Shown: in pieces, positions 19,580-29,779 of the stretch
How the letters are laid out: the number at the start of each line of letters is the position of its first letter
Numbering within the stretch: the stretch's first letter is position 1
From: Candidatus Bathyarchaeota archaeon
GTDB lineage: Archaea; Thermoproteota; Bathyarchaeia; Bathyarchaeales; Bathycorpusculaceae
Direction: 5' to 3'
Assembly (NCBI GenBank): GCA_963767735.1
Contig: CAVYES010000006.1
Span: 320,001 to 384,000, forward strand
Length of the DNA: 64,000 nt
Position numbers and translations under genes: made by a program
The notes under the pieces: generated by a model
The model's input: the letters and a program-made list of their open reading frames with translations, nothing else
Databases searched by the model: none
Told to the model about the DNA's origin: nothing

Positions 19580-21849
19580 TAGATGACTTTATCCAAAGCA
19601 TAAAGCACATGCAAGGCTACAAAAAACAGATTGTGCACATCCAAGAAATTCCTCCGCAAGAAGCATGTTTTGGTGAGCTGGAAAAATCTCTGCCGCAAAA
19701 TATTCAAAATTGCTTATTGACCCGGGACATTCATCTTTATTCGCATCAGGCTGAAGCCATAAACAAAGCGAGGGCAGGCAAAAACGTGGCGATTGTTACT
19801 CCTACCGCTTCAGGAAAAACCTTAGCTTTCAACATTCCTGTCCTCGAAGCTCTCATAAAAGACCCCCACACAACTGCACTTTACCTTTATCCAACTAAGG
19901 CGCTGACAAACGATCAGCTAAAGGTTCTAAGAGAACTGGAAAAAGAAACGGGCATCCAAGCTTACCCCAACGTTTACGACGGCGATACTCCTCAAAGTCA
20001 GAGGGCAAGCATAAGAGAAAACAGTAAAATCATCTTAAGCAACCCCTATGGGCTCCACCAGTACCTTCCATGGCACTATAAGTGGCGAAGCTTTCTTGGA
20101 AACCTCAGATTCGTAATAATCGATGAAGCCCACGTTTACCGCGGCGTCTTTGGCTCAAATGTAGCCATGCTCCTAAGACGACTCATGAGAGTATGCAATT
20201 ATTACCATGCCGACCCACAAATCATCCTCTCATCAGCCACAATCGCAAACCCCCAAGAACACGCCAAGAAACTGACGGGAAAAGACTTCGAAATCGTCTC
20301 AAACGACGGCGCCCCAAGAGGAAAAAAATCATTCCTCTTCTGGAATCCACCATTCATCGACGACACCAACACCACACGCAGATCTACCCATCAAGAAACC
20401 AAAGACCTCCTAACCCTCAACATCACAAAAAACCTCCAAACCCTCTGCTTTACAACATCCCGCCAGATGGCTGAGCTTATTACAAGATGGACCAAAGAAG
20501 ACCTCAGAAAAAGATCGCCCAAACTGGTTAATTCGGTTACCGCTTACAGAGCTGGCTATCTGCCTCAAGAACGGCGTGAAATAGAGAACAGACTAAAAAC
20601 GAAAAGCTTGATCGGAGTTGTGTCAACCAACGCGCTTGAATTGGGCATCGATATTGGTTCTTTGGATTCAGTGATCATTTCCGGTTACCCGGGAACTGTC
20701 ATATCAACTTGGCAGCAAGCGGGAAGAGCAGGAAGAACCAACGCAGATTCAATCGTGACGTTAGTTGCTTTTCAAAACCCGCTTGACCAATACTTCATGA
20801 AGCATCCAAAAGACTTCTTTGGAAGGCCACATGAACAAGCCATAATTGATTTGCATAACCGCTACATTTCTTTGGGGCACATTATGTGTGCGGCAAGCGA
20901 ACTGCCCTTAACAGAGGCGGACAAAAAATATTTCCCCGAACTATTCCAAGAGAGCATTCAAGCTCTTGAACAACAAAACTTGGTCCGCAAAACGCCAAGG
21001 GGCTATGTGTATTCGGGCACGGCAAGGCCTGTCGAGGTTGTAACGTTGGAGAGCATTTCCGACAAAACCGTCACCGTAACCTGCAACGGAACCGTACTTG
21101 AAACCCTCTCCTTAAACAAAGCCTACGAAGAAGCACACGCAGGCGCGGTCTTACTTCATCAGGGCGAAACATACATCTCTGAAGAATTAGACCTCAACCA
21201 ATTAACTGCCAAAGTCACACAAGAAAACGTCAACTACTACACAGAAGCACTAAAAACAGTTGACGTCGCCATAAAGAGAACTCTTGAAGAAAAACAAATC
21301 GGAATCCAAGTTGGCTTAGGCGAATTAATTACAACAGAATTTTACCACACCTACGTCACCAAATCATATGACGAAGTTGTTGAGAGAAAACCGCTTAATC
21401 TCCCGCCATTATCATTTTCAACTGTCGGCACGTGGTTTATTATTCCAGTGGAAATTAAGAAAGAAATCGAAGATAGCGAGCTCGATTTTGACGGGGGAAT
21501 ACATGCGGTGGAACATGCGATGATTGCTATGGCGCCGATTTTTGCCATGTGTGACAGATGGGATATTGGCGGCTTGTCAACTCCTCTGCATCCGGACACG
21601 GGGAACCCAACGATTTTCATTTATGACGGCTTTGAAGGCGGTATCGGAATTTCAGAAAACCTCTACCAAAACATAAAGCCCCTACTCGAAAAAACCTTAG
21701 AGCTGATTGAGAATTGCGAGTGCAAAGACGGTTGCCCCTCATGCATTTACTCGCCTAAATGTGGAAATGAAAATAAACCCTTAGATAAAAAAGCAGCAAG
21801 CATAATTCTGCAAAGGATTTTGAATATGGTAAACCAAAAAGACAGGTAA
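19567..21849 (+). CDS. YprA/MrfA (Hrq1-like) DEAH helicase with DUF1998 Zn domain
   Basis: PTASGKT, DEAH, SAT, QQAGRAGR and C-terminal CECKDGCPSCI. Confidence 0.93.
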   Translation: MEPLIDDFIQSIKHMQGYKKQIVHIQEIPPQEACFGELEKSLPQNIQNCLLTRDIHLYSHQAEAINKARAGKNVAIVTPTASGKTLAFNIPVLEALIKDPHTTALYLYPTKALTNDQLKVLRELEKETGIQAYPNVYDGDTPQSQRASIRENSKIILSNPYGLHQYLPWHYKWRSFLGNLRFVIIDEAHVYRGVFGSNVAMLLRRLMRVCNYYHADPQIILSSATIANPQEHAKKLTGKDFEIVSNDGAPRGKKSFLFWNPPFIDDTNTTRRSTHQETKDLLTLNITKNLQTLCFTTSRQMAELITRWTKEDLRKRSPKLVNSVTAYRAGYLPQERREIENRLKTKSLIGVVSTNALELGIDIGSLDSVIISGYPGTVISTWQQAGRAGRTNADSIVTLVAFQNPLDQYFMKHPKDFFGRPHEQAIIDLHNRYISLGHIMCAASELPLTEADKKYFPELFQESIQALEQQNLVRKTPRGYVYSGTARPVEVVTLESISDKTVTVTCNGTVLETLSLNKAYEEAHAGAVLLHQGETYISEELDLNQLTAKVTQENVNYYTEALKTVDVAIKRTLEEKQIGIQVGLGELITTEFYHTYVTKSYDEVVERKPLNLPPLSFSTVGTWFIIPVEIKKEIEDSELDFDGGIHAVEHAMIAMAPIFAMCDRWDIGGLSTPLHPDTGNPTIFIYDGFEGGIGISENLYQNIKPLLEKTLELIENCECKDGCPSCIYSPKCGNENKPLDKKAASIILQRILNMVNQKDR

Positions 21850-21900
21850 TACAGCAACGTTAAAAGGAAGGCTTAGACATAGATGTTTACGGTTATGTTT

Positions 21901-22095
21901 ATGGCGAAGAAAACCACTATAACCTTGCGGGATGACGTCTACCAAACTTTAAAAGAGAAGGCAGGAGCCCGAAACATTTCAAGCCAAATAAACAAAATTC
22001 TTATCGACTACTTTTCAAAGACAGACAGCATGTTTGGCACCATGAAAGAGGCAGATCTCACAGACATCAGAGATCACAAGGATCGCTGCCTATGA
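21901..22095 (+). CDS. vapB: VapB-type antitoxin
   Basis: KKTTITLRDDVYQTLK..SMFG; overlaps vapC by ATGA. Confidence 0.85.
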   Translation: MAKKTTITLRDDVYQTLKEKAGARNISSQINKILIDYFSKTDSMFGTMKEADLTDIRDHKDRCL

Positions 22096-22481
22096 AATAC
22101 GTCATCGACTCCTATGCATGGTTAGCGTACTTTATGGGAACCGAAGCGGGAGAAAAAGTCAAACCCCTAATTGAAGGCTCCGAAGAAAAAATAACTCCTA
22201 CAATATGTTTAGCTGAAGTCTACGAGAAAGCTCTCAAAGTGGAAGGGAAAGAAATCGCTGAAAAACAAAGAATATTCATTAAAGAAAAAAGCTCTCTGGC
22301 TCAGCTGGACGAATTAATAGCGGTTGAAGCAGCAAAAGCGCAATGCGAAATGAAAAAGGAAATTGACGGGTGGGGACTTGCGGACTCTATAGTCTACGCT
22401 ACGGGGGTGGTCAAAAAAGGAAATGTTGTCACAGGCGATGAGCATTTCAAGAAACTTGAAGGCGTACTGTTCATAAAATAA
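22092..22481 (+). CDS. vapC: VapC PIN-domain toxin
   Basis: VIDSYAW, LAEV, LADSIVYAT and TGDEHF. Confidence 0.93.
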   Translation: MKYVIDSYAWLAYFMGTEAGEKVKPLIEGSEEKITPTICLAEVYEKALKVEGKEIAEKQRIFIKEKSSLAQLDELIAVEAAKAQCEMKKEIDGWGLADSIVYATGVVKKGNVVTGDEHFKKLEGVLFIK

Positions 22482-22619
22482 CTGCCTGAGAAGACCGCCG
22501 CTGGTGAGCGAGACAAGTCACTCGGAAAAACTCATGACTGAACTGTTCGCATTGCCTTAACTGGAAGAAGCATCATTCAACAATAGATCGTTGCTACCAT
22601 CAAAGAAAAAAGGATCTGG

Positions 22620-23015
22620 TTATTTCCATGCCCAGACCTTGAGACTGTATTCTCCGTTCTCTTCGGATTCAAGTTCCCAAACGCCGACAGTTTTGTTTAG
22701 GTTTACGAGTTTGGGCGAGCTTGTCATGAAATAGCAGGCTCCTCTGTAGCTTGATTTCCAGCCTTTACCGGTTGGCCAGCCTATTCCGTTGATTTTTGTC
22801 ATTACTGAGTCTCCTTCTGCAGTCATGAGCATGCCATTTGCATCTGCCATGAATACTCCGTTAGGCATGAGTGTTGAAACTCCTGTATCCGCTACTGTGG
22901 CTTCTTTTCCAAAGATGGTGCCTGCTCCAGAATGTGACACTTCCACTTTTCCTTCTGCAAGAACTCGAATTCCCGTGGTTTTACCTTTTATTTCAAATAT
23001 TAATTCACCAATCAA
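22620..23015 (-). CDS. Conserved hypothetical beta-rich protein, copy 2
   Basis: Paralogue of 13802-14197. Confidence 0.8.
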   Translation of the reverse strand: MIGELIFEIKGKTTGIRVLAEGKVEVSHSGAGTIFGKEATVADTGVSTLMPNGVFMADANGMLMTAEGDSVMTKINGIGWPTGKGWKSSYRGACYFMTSSPKLVNLNKTVGVWELESEENGEYSLKVWAWK

Positions 23016-23102
23016 AACAATTTCACCTTGAAACAGAGATTTTCCTCAAGTTTATTAGAATATGTGACTGAAAGATAGTAGTCACAACAGCCAGCACATG
23101 AA

Positions 23103-23160
23103 TGGTTCAGGCGACAGCCTGCAAAGCTGTTATATACATTTCAAATCCAACCCTCTACAT
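23103..23160 (+). pseudogene. tRNA-Cys(GCA)-derived fragment
   Basis: Anticodon arm ACAGC-CTGCAAA-GCTGT and degenerate TTCAAATCC; no 5' acceptor strand. Confidence 0.7.
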
Positions 23161-23161
23161 T

Positions 23162-23310
23162 TTAACTAACGTAATTGACTTAAACTCCAAAAAATCGCTG
23201 GGGTCTTGGCAAACTGCAAGGACGCGTCAAATACGCGCAAAATCACATATAAATACGCGAAAAAGTCATACAAAAACAAAGAAAAAAATTCACGAAGGGG
23301 GAAATATCAT
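23162..23310 (+). repeat. Family B element, internally deleted copy
   Basis: TTAACTAACGTAATTGA...AAAAATCGCTGGG...; ends GGGGAAATATCAT. Confidence 0.75.
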
Positions 23311-23699
23311 TTAATCATCATGGTGTTTTCCAAGTCTTTAAAGTGGGGGTCGCCCGTGATTATTTTGGCTTTTAACTTATTTGCGGTAGCCAGTATGAAG
23401 GCGTCTGTGATGCCGAAGTCTTTTCTTGTTTGGCGCATTTTAGAGTGGAGAAGACCGGCTTGTTTAGAAATTTGTTCGTCCATTTTTATGACTTGAGCGT
23501 TGCTTAGGAGCATATCGTATGCTGCTTCGACGTCTCCGCCATCTCTTGCGGTCTTGCTGATTACTTCAGCTATCGTGATTGCACATGTGTAGATATCAGT
23601 GGCAGGGTCATCTAATATGTCGTTGAGTTTTGCTCCGTATTCACTGCCTCTGAAGTATTCTATCCAAGCCCATGCGTCAACTATGTACTTATTCGTCAA
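23307..23699 (-). CDS. vapC: VapC PIN-domain toxin
   Basis: IVDAWAWIEYF, FGITDAFILATA and TGDPHF. Confidence 0.93.
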   Translation of the reverse strand: MTNKYIVDAWAWIEYFRGSEYGAKLNDILDDPATDIYTCAITIAEVISKTARDGGDVEAAYDMLLSNAQVIKMDEQISKQAGLLHSKMRQTRKDFGITDAFILATANKLKAKIITGDPHFKDLENTMMIK

Positions 23700-23895
23700 T
23701 CTGTCCTTTCAACTCATCTTCGGTGGTGAATGGTGAAAGGCCCTTGAACATGCCGAATCCATTTTTCCTGCATTTCTTCACAGTTATCTCTACACACTGG
23801 TTTTCCTTGATGTTCTGGGTTTCAACAAGTTCTTTTGGCAAGGTAACAACTATTGAACCGCCAACTTTCCTTGTCTTGGTTAAGCACCCGGCCAT
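23689..23895 (-). CDS. vapB: AbrB/MazE-type antitoxin
   Basis: TRKVGGSIVVTLPKE. Confidence 0.88.
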   Translation of the reverse strand: MAGCLTKTRKVGGSIVVTLPKELVETQNIKENQCVEITVKKCRKNGFGMFKGLSPFTTEDELKGQIDE

Positions 23896-24104
23896 ATGTA
23901 ATCACTGTAATGATAAATTATACTAAAGTTATACTTAACTGTAACGTTAAGACTTTTAGTTTCTATAAACGAAATTGAGGGATTTCTGGCGCGGCGCGCG
24001 AACAGTCTTTTCCAGCGAGCTCGTAAATGAAGTTTGTGATGCTTATGTTTTGAAGAGCAACAAATGTTATAAGTTAAAAAATGGAATAGATTGTTAGAAA
24101 AACA

Positions 24105-24299
24105 ATGACAATTGAAGTTGATTTAAAAGAAATAAAATCGCTGTTGTCAGAAGTTAACAGCAAACTCGATTCTTTACTGGAAGAAAAAGACACCTGTGCG
24201 CTCATGGCTCTGGAAGAGAAATCTCTCAAGGAGTTTCTTGAAGGGGAACCTGACATTTACTCGGTTAAAGACATAAAGACAAAGGTTAAAGGTAATTGA
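24105..24299 (+). CDS. Putative antitoxin
   Basis: Small acidic ORF (SLKEFLEGEPDIYS) coupled to a PemK-like toxin. Confidence 0.75.
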   Translation: MTIEVDLKEIKSLLSEVNSKLDSLLEEKDTCALMALEEKSLKEFLEGEPDIYSVKDIKTKVKGN

Positions 24300-24628
24300 A
24301 GGGAAAAATAGTTCTTATTCCTTTCCCGTTTACTGATTTAACATCAACTAAGTTAAGGCCTGCCCTTGTATTATATGAAGGCGAAAAAGACGTTGTAGTA
24401 GCTTTCATTTCTTCAAGAATAACAAAGACGCGATCTGCAGATGTAGTAATAGATGAGAGTCATCCAGAATTCAAGAAAACGGGACTCAAGTTATCGTCAA
24501 CTGTGAAGCTTGATAAGATAGCAACGATTTCAAAAGAATTGATGCTTGGAGAAATCGGCGAAATCGGCCCAAAACTTAAGAAAGAAATAAACGGCAAGAT
24601 ATCAAAAATGTTCCTGCTTTCGACCTAG
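24296..24628 (+). CDS. mazF: PemK/MazF family toxin
   Basis: IVLIPFPFTD..KLRPALV..AFISS..GLKLSSTVKLDKI. Confidence 0.9.
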   Translation: MKGKIVLIPFPFTDLTSTKLRPALVLYEGEKDVVVAFISSRITKTRSADVVIDESHPEFKKTGLKLSSTVKLDKIATISKELMLGEIGEIGPKLKKEINGKISKMFLLST

Positions 24629-24734
24629 TTGCATAGAAGCTTTTAGTCAAATCCTGGCGTTGATCAATATTCCATGTTCTGACCTCAACATTTTTAAGAC
24701 TCCACGATTATCCAGATGTCCAAGGTTATCTGGA

Positions 24735-25007
24735 ATGCCAACAATTCTGATTAAGAACGTACCTGAAGATACTCTTAAGGAATTGAAAAGGCTTAAAGTA
24801 GAGCTTGGCTGCAAAACATGGGCTGACTTACTATCCGAACTCACAACTTCTTGTGAAACCGCTTCAGTTGACGCTGAGCAAAAACGCCGTATGAGAAAAG
24901 GAGTCGACGGATTACTGAGCCTTCGATCAAAGGTTACGGCCAAATGGGCGGGTACGACAACAGTACTTGAGGAAATGCGAAGGACCAAGAGACATGAAAG
25001 CTCGTAG
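24735..25007 (+). CDS. Putative antitoxin (RHH-like N-terminus)
   Basis: MPTILIKNVPEDTLKELK; overlaps the PIN gene. Confidence 0.75.
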   Translation: MPTILIKNVPEDTLKELKRLKVELGCKTWADLLSELTTSCETASVDAEQKRRMRKGVDGLLSLRSKVTAKWAGTTTVLEEMRRTKRHESS

Positions 25008-25434
25008 TTCTTTGCTGACAGTCGATTCTAACATAATAATTGCTGCTCTCAGAACAACTGAACCTGATAGTTCAAAATGTGCGAAGATACTCGCCGAAGC
25101 ATCAGAGCATTTTATGCTGGTTGAGCCAAGCATTATCTATCAAGAAGTCTGCGGCACCTTGGCGAGAAAAATAGATCTAGAAACAGCAAATACTGCAAAG
25201 GAACAGCTAGATTTACTCATTGAACAAAAACGGCTAATAAACTGTGACAAAAAAACATGCATTTCAGCATTCAGGCTATGCGCCGAATATGAAATCTACG
25301 CAATCGATGCACTCTACCTACATGTGGCTTTATCAAACTACGCCGTACTTGTGTCACTTGATAAAGAGTTTATCGACAAGCTCAAGGATAGATTGCCGAT
25401 AGAAGCCTACACTGTGGACAACTATCCATACTAA
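24994..25434 (+). CDS. vapC: VapC PIN-domain toxin
   Basis: TVDSNII, QEV, AIDALYLHVA and VSLDKE. Confidence 0.88.
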   Translation: MKARSSLLTVDSNIIIAALRTTEPDSSKCAKILAEASEHFMLVEPSIIYQEVCGTLARKIDLETANTAKEQLDLLIEQKRLINCDKKTCISAFRLCAEYEIYAIDALYLHVALSNYAVLVSLDKEFIDKLKDRLPIEAYTVDNYPY

Positions 25435-25486
25435 CATATTCACTTTGATATGTAAGCAAGCCAAGCAAAAACTCTTGCGTGCGCGC

Positions 25487-25560
25487 TACTATTGTTCCGG
25501 GGACTGGGCGTTCTTGGTTTTTGGTGGCTACGATTCCTTTGCCTTTGAAGAAAGCAATAA
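25487..25560 (-). pseudogene. Cupin gene internal fragment
   Basis: GKGIVATKNQE..PGTIV matches GKGTVATKNQE..PRTIV of the 44.3-44.5 kb cupin. Confidence 0.7.
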
Positions 25561-25682
25561 GGAGATTTGTCATTTCTGTTATGATTGTTATTTTCTGCAA
25601 CCTAATTGATTATAAAAGGTTGGATAAAGTTTTTACCTGCCGAATGTTATATGATGTTATGTCGGATAACTTGGTGTAATAT

Positions 25683-25919
25683 ATGGTAAAGAATGTTGTT
25701 AACCTGGGCGAAAAAGAAAACAGAGTAATCAACATAGTGAAAGCTAAATATGGACTCAAGGACAAAAGCCAAGCCTTGAGCGTGATTATCAATCGCTATG
25801 AAGAATGCGAACTCGAGCCTGAACTAAGACCAGAGTTTGTTAAGGTGATAGAGGAAACTCGCAAACACGGCAAATTCCTAAAGATAAAAGACTTTGCCCA
25901 AGAGTATAATCTAAAGTGA
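25683..25919 (+). CDS. DUF2683-like antitoxin
   Basis: NRVINIVKAKYGLKDKSQA..EPELRPEF. Confidence 0.85.
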   Translation: MVKNVVNLGEKENRVINIVKAKYGLKDKSQALSVIINRYEECELEPELRPEFVKVIEETRKHGKFLKIKDFAQEYNLK

Positions 25920-25923
25920 TTGC

Positions 25924-26185
25924 TTGTACACTCTAGAAATCGAGGATGCAGTTGACAAGGCATTTAAAAGGCTTGCCCAAAAAAGATAAGAAGCAATTAG
26001 AAGCTGTGTCAAAGAAGATTGAGCAGATTCTAAACAACCCTCAACAATTTAAGGTTCTTAAGCATCCTCTTGAAGGCTTACGAAGAGTCCACGTGGACTC
26101 TTTTGTGCTTATTTACGAAGTATTTGAAGAACCCCAAACCGTCCGAATCCTCAAGTACGCACATCACGATGAGGCCTATAAGTAA
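25924..26185 (+). pseudogene. relE: RelE/ParE (StbE-like) toxin with one frameshift
   Basis: TTG-start MYTLEIEDAVDKAFKRLA joins KKDKKQLEAV...LRRVHVDSFVLIYEV if one base near 25978 is removed. Confidence 0.8.
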
Positions 26186-26285
26186 TTTAGACACTGACTT
26201 GCACCGTTTCGATGGGTACTGGATCACCATGTTCGCACGCGCGGTTCTTCATCAGGAGATACGTAAACTATCGTTTCCCCTGCAC

Positions 26286-26636
26286 TTAACTCAACGAAAT
26301 TGACTGTAATGTCAAAAATCGCTCGAGCTTTGATCGCCTACATAGGGAGACGTCAAATCCATGTAAAATCACGTATAAACAGCGCAAAAACGCGTATAAA
26401 CCACGTCTGGGAGCTTCACAAATTCAAGGCACTCTAACACTTTTCTTCTGTGATTAAGCGTTTCTAAGCTCAATTTAAGCTTATTCTCACTTGAAAATAT
26501 GAGTTTTTTGAAGATTTAGCTTCAATTTTACCTAAATCCGCTTCCGCCAAAAACCCTGCAAACACTTCAAGCCCTAAACGAAGAAAGCAACGCAAATCGC
26601 AAGAGTAAAAGTTCCCCAGGGGAAAATATCATCGGT
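26286..26636 (+). repeat. Family B element, long copy
   Basis: Colinear with 39761-40092; preceded by TTCCCCTGCAC. Confidence 0.88.
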
Positions 26637-26749
26637 GATTCCTTTTCTAATTTTGCGGATTTTACTTATACTTATTTATTTTTAAGTTGGCTTGTTAACC
26701 AACTTTCTTGAAATTTACAAAAGACTCATTTGATTTAAGGTTTTAAAGA

Positions 26750-27145
26750 CTATAGTGACCTTCGTTTGAGTTCTCGTATCTTATCAAAATGTATATCTGT
26801 TGAAATCACAGCTTCGGCTTTCGCTGCAATCGCTGTTGCAGCATGGATGGCGTCTCTTGGTGCAAGATGATATTGTTTGATTATCTGCAGAGCTGATAAG
26901 GCTATATCTCTGTCGGCAGAAATGATTTCCAAGTTGGGAAAGTTCAAGAGCGCTTGGCAAGCTTCAAGTGCGGCTTCAGGGTCCAGTTTTTTTATTGCCC
27001 AAAATACTTCATCAAAGGTTAATGCTGAGGTTTCTGCCTTTTCGTCTCCTTGCTGGATTCTTTGAAGCAAAGATCTTGCTTTTTCCCCAGGCTCTTGGGT
27101 GTTTACAGCCGCATAAATGAAGACGTTGGAGTCGAGGTAGATCAT
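26750..27145 (-). CDS. vapC: VapC PIN-domain toxin
   Basis: IYLDSNVFIYA, TFDEV, PRDAIHAATA and STDIHFD. Confidence 0.93.
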   Translation of the reverse strand: MIYLDSNVFIYAAVNTQEPGEKARSLLQRIQQGDEKAETSALTFDEVFWAIKKLDPEAALEACQALLNFPNLEIISADRDIALSALQIIKQYHLAPRDAIHAATAIAAKAEAVISTDIHFDKIRELKRRSL

Positions 27146-27402
27146 TTAGAATTTCTCGCTTTAAATTGTTCTTCGTATTGATGGGGATTTATTTTCTCGT
27201 TGAAGTTGATTTTTTTTGCTACTTTTGTGAAAACAGCTACCGCATCGAAACTTGGTTTCTCCAAAATTAGCTTTCCATCGTCTAGTTTGAACAAGACTTT
27301 CGAGCCAGGGCTGATTTTAAGTGCCTTTCGCATTGTTCTTGGAATGACAACTTGCCCTTTTGGACCAACCTTCATCTCTTCCTCTATCAAATGTCTCACC
27401 AA
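27142..27402 (-). CDS. vapB: AbrB/MazE-type antitoxin
   Basis: KVGPKGQVVIPRTMRKALKISPG. Confidence 0.9.
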   Translation of the reverse strand: MVRHLIEEEMKVGPKGQVVIPRTMRKALKISPGSKVLFKLDDGKLILEKPSFDAVAVFTKVAKKINFNEKINPHQYEEQFKARNSK

Positions 27403-27558
27403 GAGTTATACAAAAGTAAAACAAGGATTTATACTTTGCAGCTTCCAACAACGCGTCCCGGGAGACTTATAGATTTTTCTAGCCTACAGTTGCAACCAAA
27501 AAAAGCCCCAAACCAAAAAAGAAAAAGATTGCTGCTGAATTTATAACTTAGGGATACA

Positions 27559-28164
27559 ATGACAATAAAAATCATTATGTTTTCGGATTACATTTGCCCC
27601 TTCTGTTATCTTGGGAAAGCCATCATTGACAAACTCAAAAATCGGTTTGATATTGAACTGGAACATGTAGGAATTGAAATTCATCCTGAAACTCCACTTT
27701 GCGGAGTCGATTTAAGAAGATACATTTCTGAAACAAATGAGATTTACGAAAATTTGAGATGTAGAGGCAAAGAGTATGGTCTACATTTTGGTAATGTTAG
27801 AACATTGCCTAACTCAAAAAATGCTCTGATAGTTGGTGAATATGCAAGAAAAGTCGGTAAAAACGAGGAATACACCGATGCAGTATTCAAAGCGTATTTT
27901 GAAGATTGCCTTGACATAGGAAAAGAAGAGGTCATTGTCGAATTAGCTAAGGAGGTTGGTTTGACTAGGCAAGATGTTGAAAGTGCTTTGAAAGACCCCT
28001 TGCTCCAAAAGATATATGCGAATAACTGTCTTGAAGCCCGAAAACACAATGTATCTGGTGTGCCTACGTTCATAATAAATTGTAAATACGAGATTGTAGG
28101 TGCACAGCCTGAGGAAGATTTTGTAGAGTTATTCGAAAAGATAGAAAAAGAAAGCAAAAGTTAA
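27559..28164 (+). CDS. DsbA family (FrnE-like) oxidoreductase
   Basis: FSDYICPFCYLG, VSGVPTF and GAQP. Confidence 0.9.
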   Translation: MTIKIIMFSDYICPFCYLGKAIIDKLKNRFDIELEHVGIEIHPETPLCGVDLRRYISETNEIYENLRCRGKEYGLHFGNVRTLPNSKNALIVGEYARKVGKNEEYTDAVFKAYFEDCLDIGKEEVIVELAKEVGLTRQDVESALKDPLLQKIYANNCLEARKHNVSGVPTFIINCKYEIVGAQPEEDFVELFEKIEKESKS

Positions 28165-28760
28165 GAGATAAGCAAGAACTACTCAGTTGAGCCAAGTTCT
28201 TTCTTGTCTTTATCTTCCTCTATGATTTTAGGTATTGCCTCGCGTGTGTGCTCTTCTTCCAAAACAAACTGGCAAATCGGCGAGGTCTCTTTCTCTTCCG
28301 AAAAGAAGCTCGGGGTCATGCTTTGGAGGTATATCAAATAGAGTTGGCATAAATTCATTCCCTTTCCAAACTCAGTATCATGTTATACTTAGTATCACAT
28401 GATACTTTTTGAATCTGTCTTTTGGTACCTTCATTACCGCTTCTCACAGTTTACCTTAGACGTATTACGGACAAGAAGTAGTGTGCTCCGGGCAAAGTTT
28501 CAGTCATCGTTACGCTTGACTTGCATACTTTTGCCTCTTATAAAATACGTGTTCCCTTCTTTCTGCGGTTGGATTAAGTGTTTAGACGGCGTCGTTCTGG
28601 TGGAGTGTGGCTAAAAAATCCTGATCGGATTTGACGAAAAGAGTGCTTCGATAAGGCGTGATTCTCTTAATCAAGCCTAAGGATACTGCCGTGCGTGCTG
28701 CTCGACATTGTTTTGAAAATGACTCTTTGTGTTAACGGCAAACAAACAACATCCACCTAT

Positions 28761-28860
28761 GATATTTTAGGATATTTTAGGATATTTTAATAGACAACCT
28801 GCAAACGATTTAGGTTTTGCTTCAAAAAAGCAACCCAAACCAGCCTGAACAGAAATGGCG
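28761..28860 (+). repeat. Family B core with (GATATTTTAG)x3 array
   Basis: Three decamers at 28761-28790, then CCTGCAAAC...CAAAAAAGCAACCCAAAC. Confidence 0.75.
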
Positions 28861-29034
28861 ACTCAACTGTTGTTGTTCTATCAGACAAATAAACGCACAG
28901 CTAAAAAAGCACACGGTAAGATGTGTTTGGCGTTAAATTGCACCAAATGGAACATTAATTGAGTGATTTGTAAAGTAAAAGTCGCAATATATAAAAATCA
29001 TTTTAGTTAGAAAAGCCTCACTCAGGTGAATACA

Positions 29035-29373
29035 ATGGATTTCTGCCCAAAATGTGGATCTATACTTCAAACAGCAAAGAAAGGTTCTTCCACGCTTAGA
29101 TGTCCAAAATGCAAATATCAAAAACCAATGGGGCTTGAAGAATCAAACAAAAAAATAAGCCTACAACTTGGCAAAGCAGCGGAAATCGCTGTCATAGATC
29201 GCAGCAAAGAGGCAAAGCTTAGACTGCTTCCGACAATTCATGTGGTCTGTGAAAAATGCGGAAACACCGAAAGCGAAACCTGGACTGTCGAAGCTGCAGA
29301 CGAGACTATCCATTCAACAATTACATTCTTCAGATGCACAAAATGTAAAACCACCAGAAGAGAATCTGGATAA
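29035..29373 (+). CDS. Transcription factor S / RpoM-like paralogue
   Basis: MDFCPKCGSIL..CPKC and CEKCGN..ADE..FFRCTKC double zinc ribbon. Confidence 0.85.
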   Translation: MDFCPKCGSILQTAKKGSSTLRCPKCKYQKPMGLEESNKKISLQLGKAAEIAVIDRSKEAKLRLLPTIHVVCEKCGNTESETWTVEAADETIHSTITFFRCTKCKTTRRESG

Positions 29374-29442
29374 GCTAAATAGCCACTGTCCTCGCGACTA
29401 TTTTTTAAAAAAGGATCGGCGGGCGACTTCTCCACGGGTTGA

Positions 29443-29470
29443 TGGATTCAAATCCAACTTCCCTGCACCA
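29443..29470 (+). other. Degenerate tRNA 3'-end-like fragment
   Basis: TGGATTCAAATCCAACTTCCCTGCACCA. Confidence 0.55.
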
Positions 29471-29584
29471 ATGTCGTGCCAAAACCGAAAGTTTCTACAC
29501 AGATAATCGTATCCAGCGTAACGAGACAGGTGATGCAGCAACCTTAAAAGGAAGGCTTAGACATAGATGTTTACGGTTATGTTT

Positions 29585-29779
29585 ATGGCGAAGAAAACCA
29601 CTATAACCTTGCGGGATGATGTCTACCAAACTTTAAAAGAGAAGGCAGGAGCCCGAAACATTTCAAGCCAAATAAACAAAATTCTTATCGACTACTTTTC
29701 AAAGACAGACAGCATGTTTGGCACCATGAAAGAGGCAGATCTCACAGACATCAGAGATCACAAGGATCGCTGCCTATGA
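29585..29779 (+). CDS. vapB: VapB-type antitoxin (duplicate)
   Basis: Protein identical to 21901-22095. Confidence 0.85.
   Translation: MAKKTTITLRDDVYQTLKEKAGARNISSQINKILIDYFSKTDSMFGTMKEADLTDIRDHKDRCL

Larger units (their letters stand above)
21840..22520 (+). repeat. Duplicated vapBC module (near-identical to 29524-30207)
   Basis: Promoter, antitoxin and most of the toxin are identical by eye. Confidence 0.92.

Noticed and set aside
19567-21849. DISARM/Druantia-type defence helicase
   Set aside because: Size and the RNase H-like partner fit the MrfA/MrfB repair pair; no methylase or second helicase is adjacent.
28170-28740. Short ORF-like stretches and an AGTATCATGT/ACATGATACT inverted repeat near 28374-28406
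   Set aside because: No recognisable family or second copy; too weak to call.
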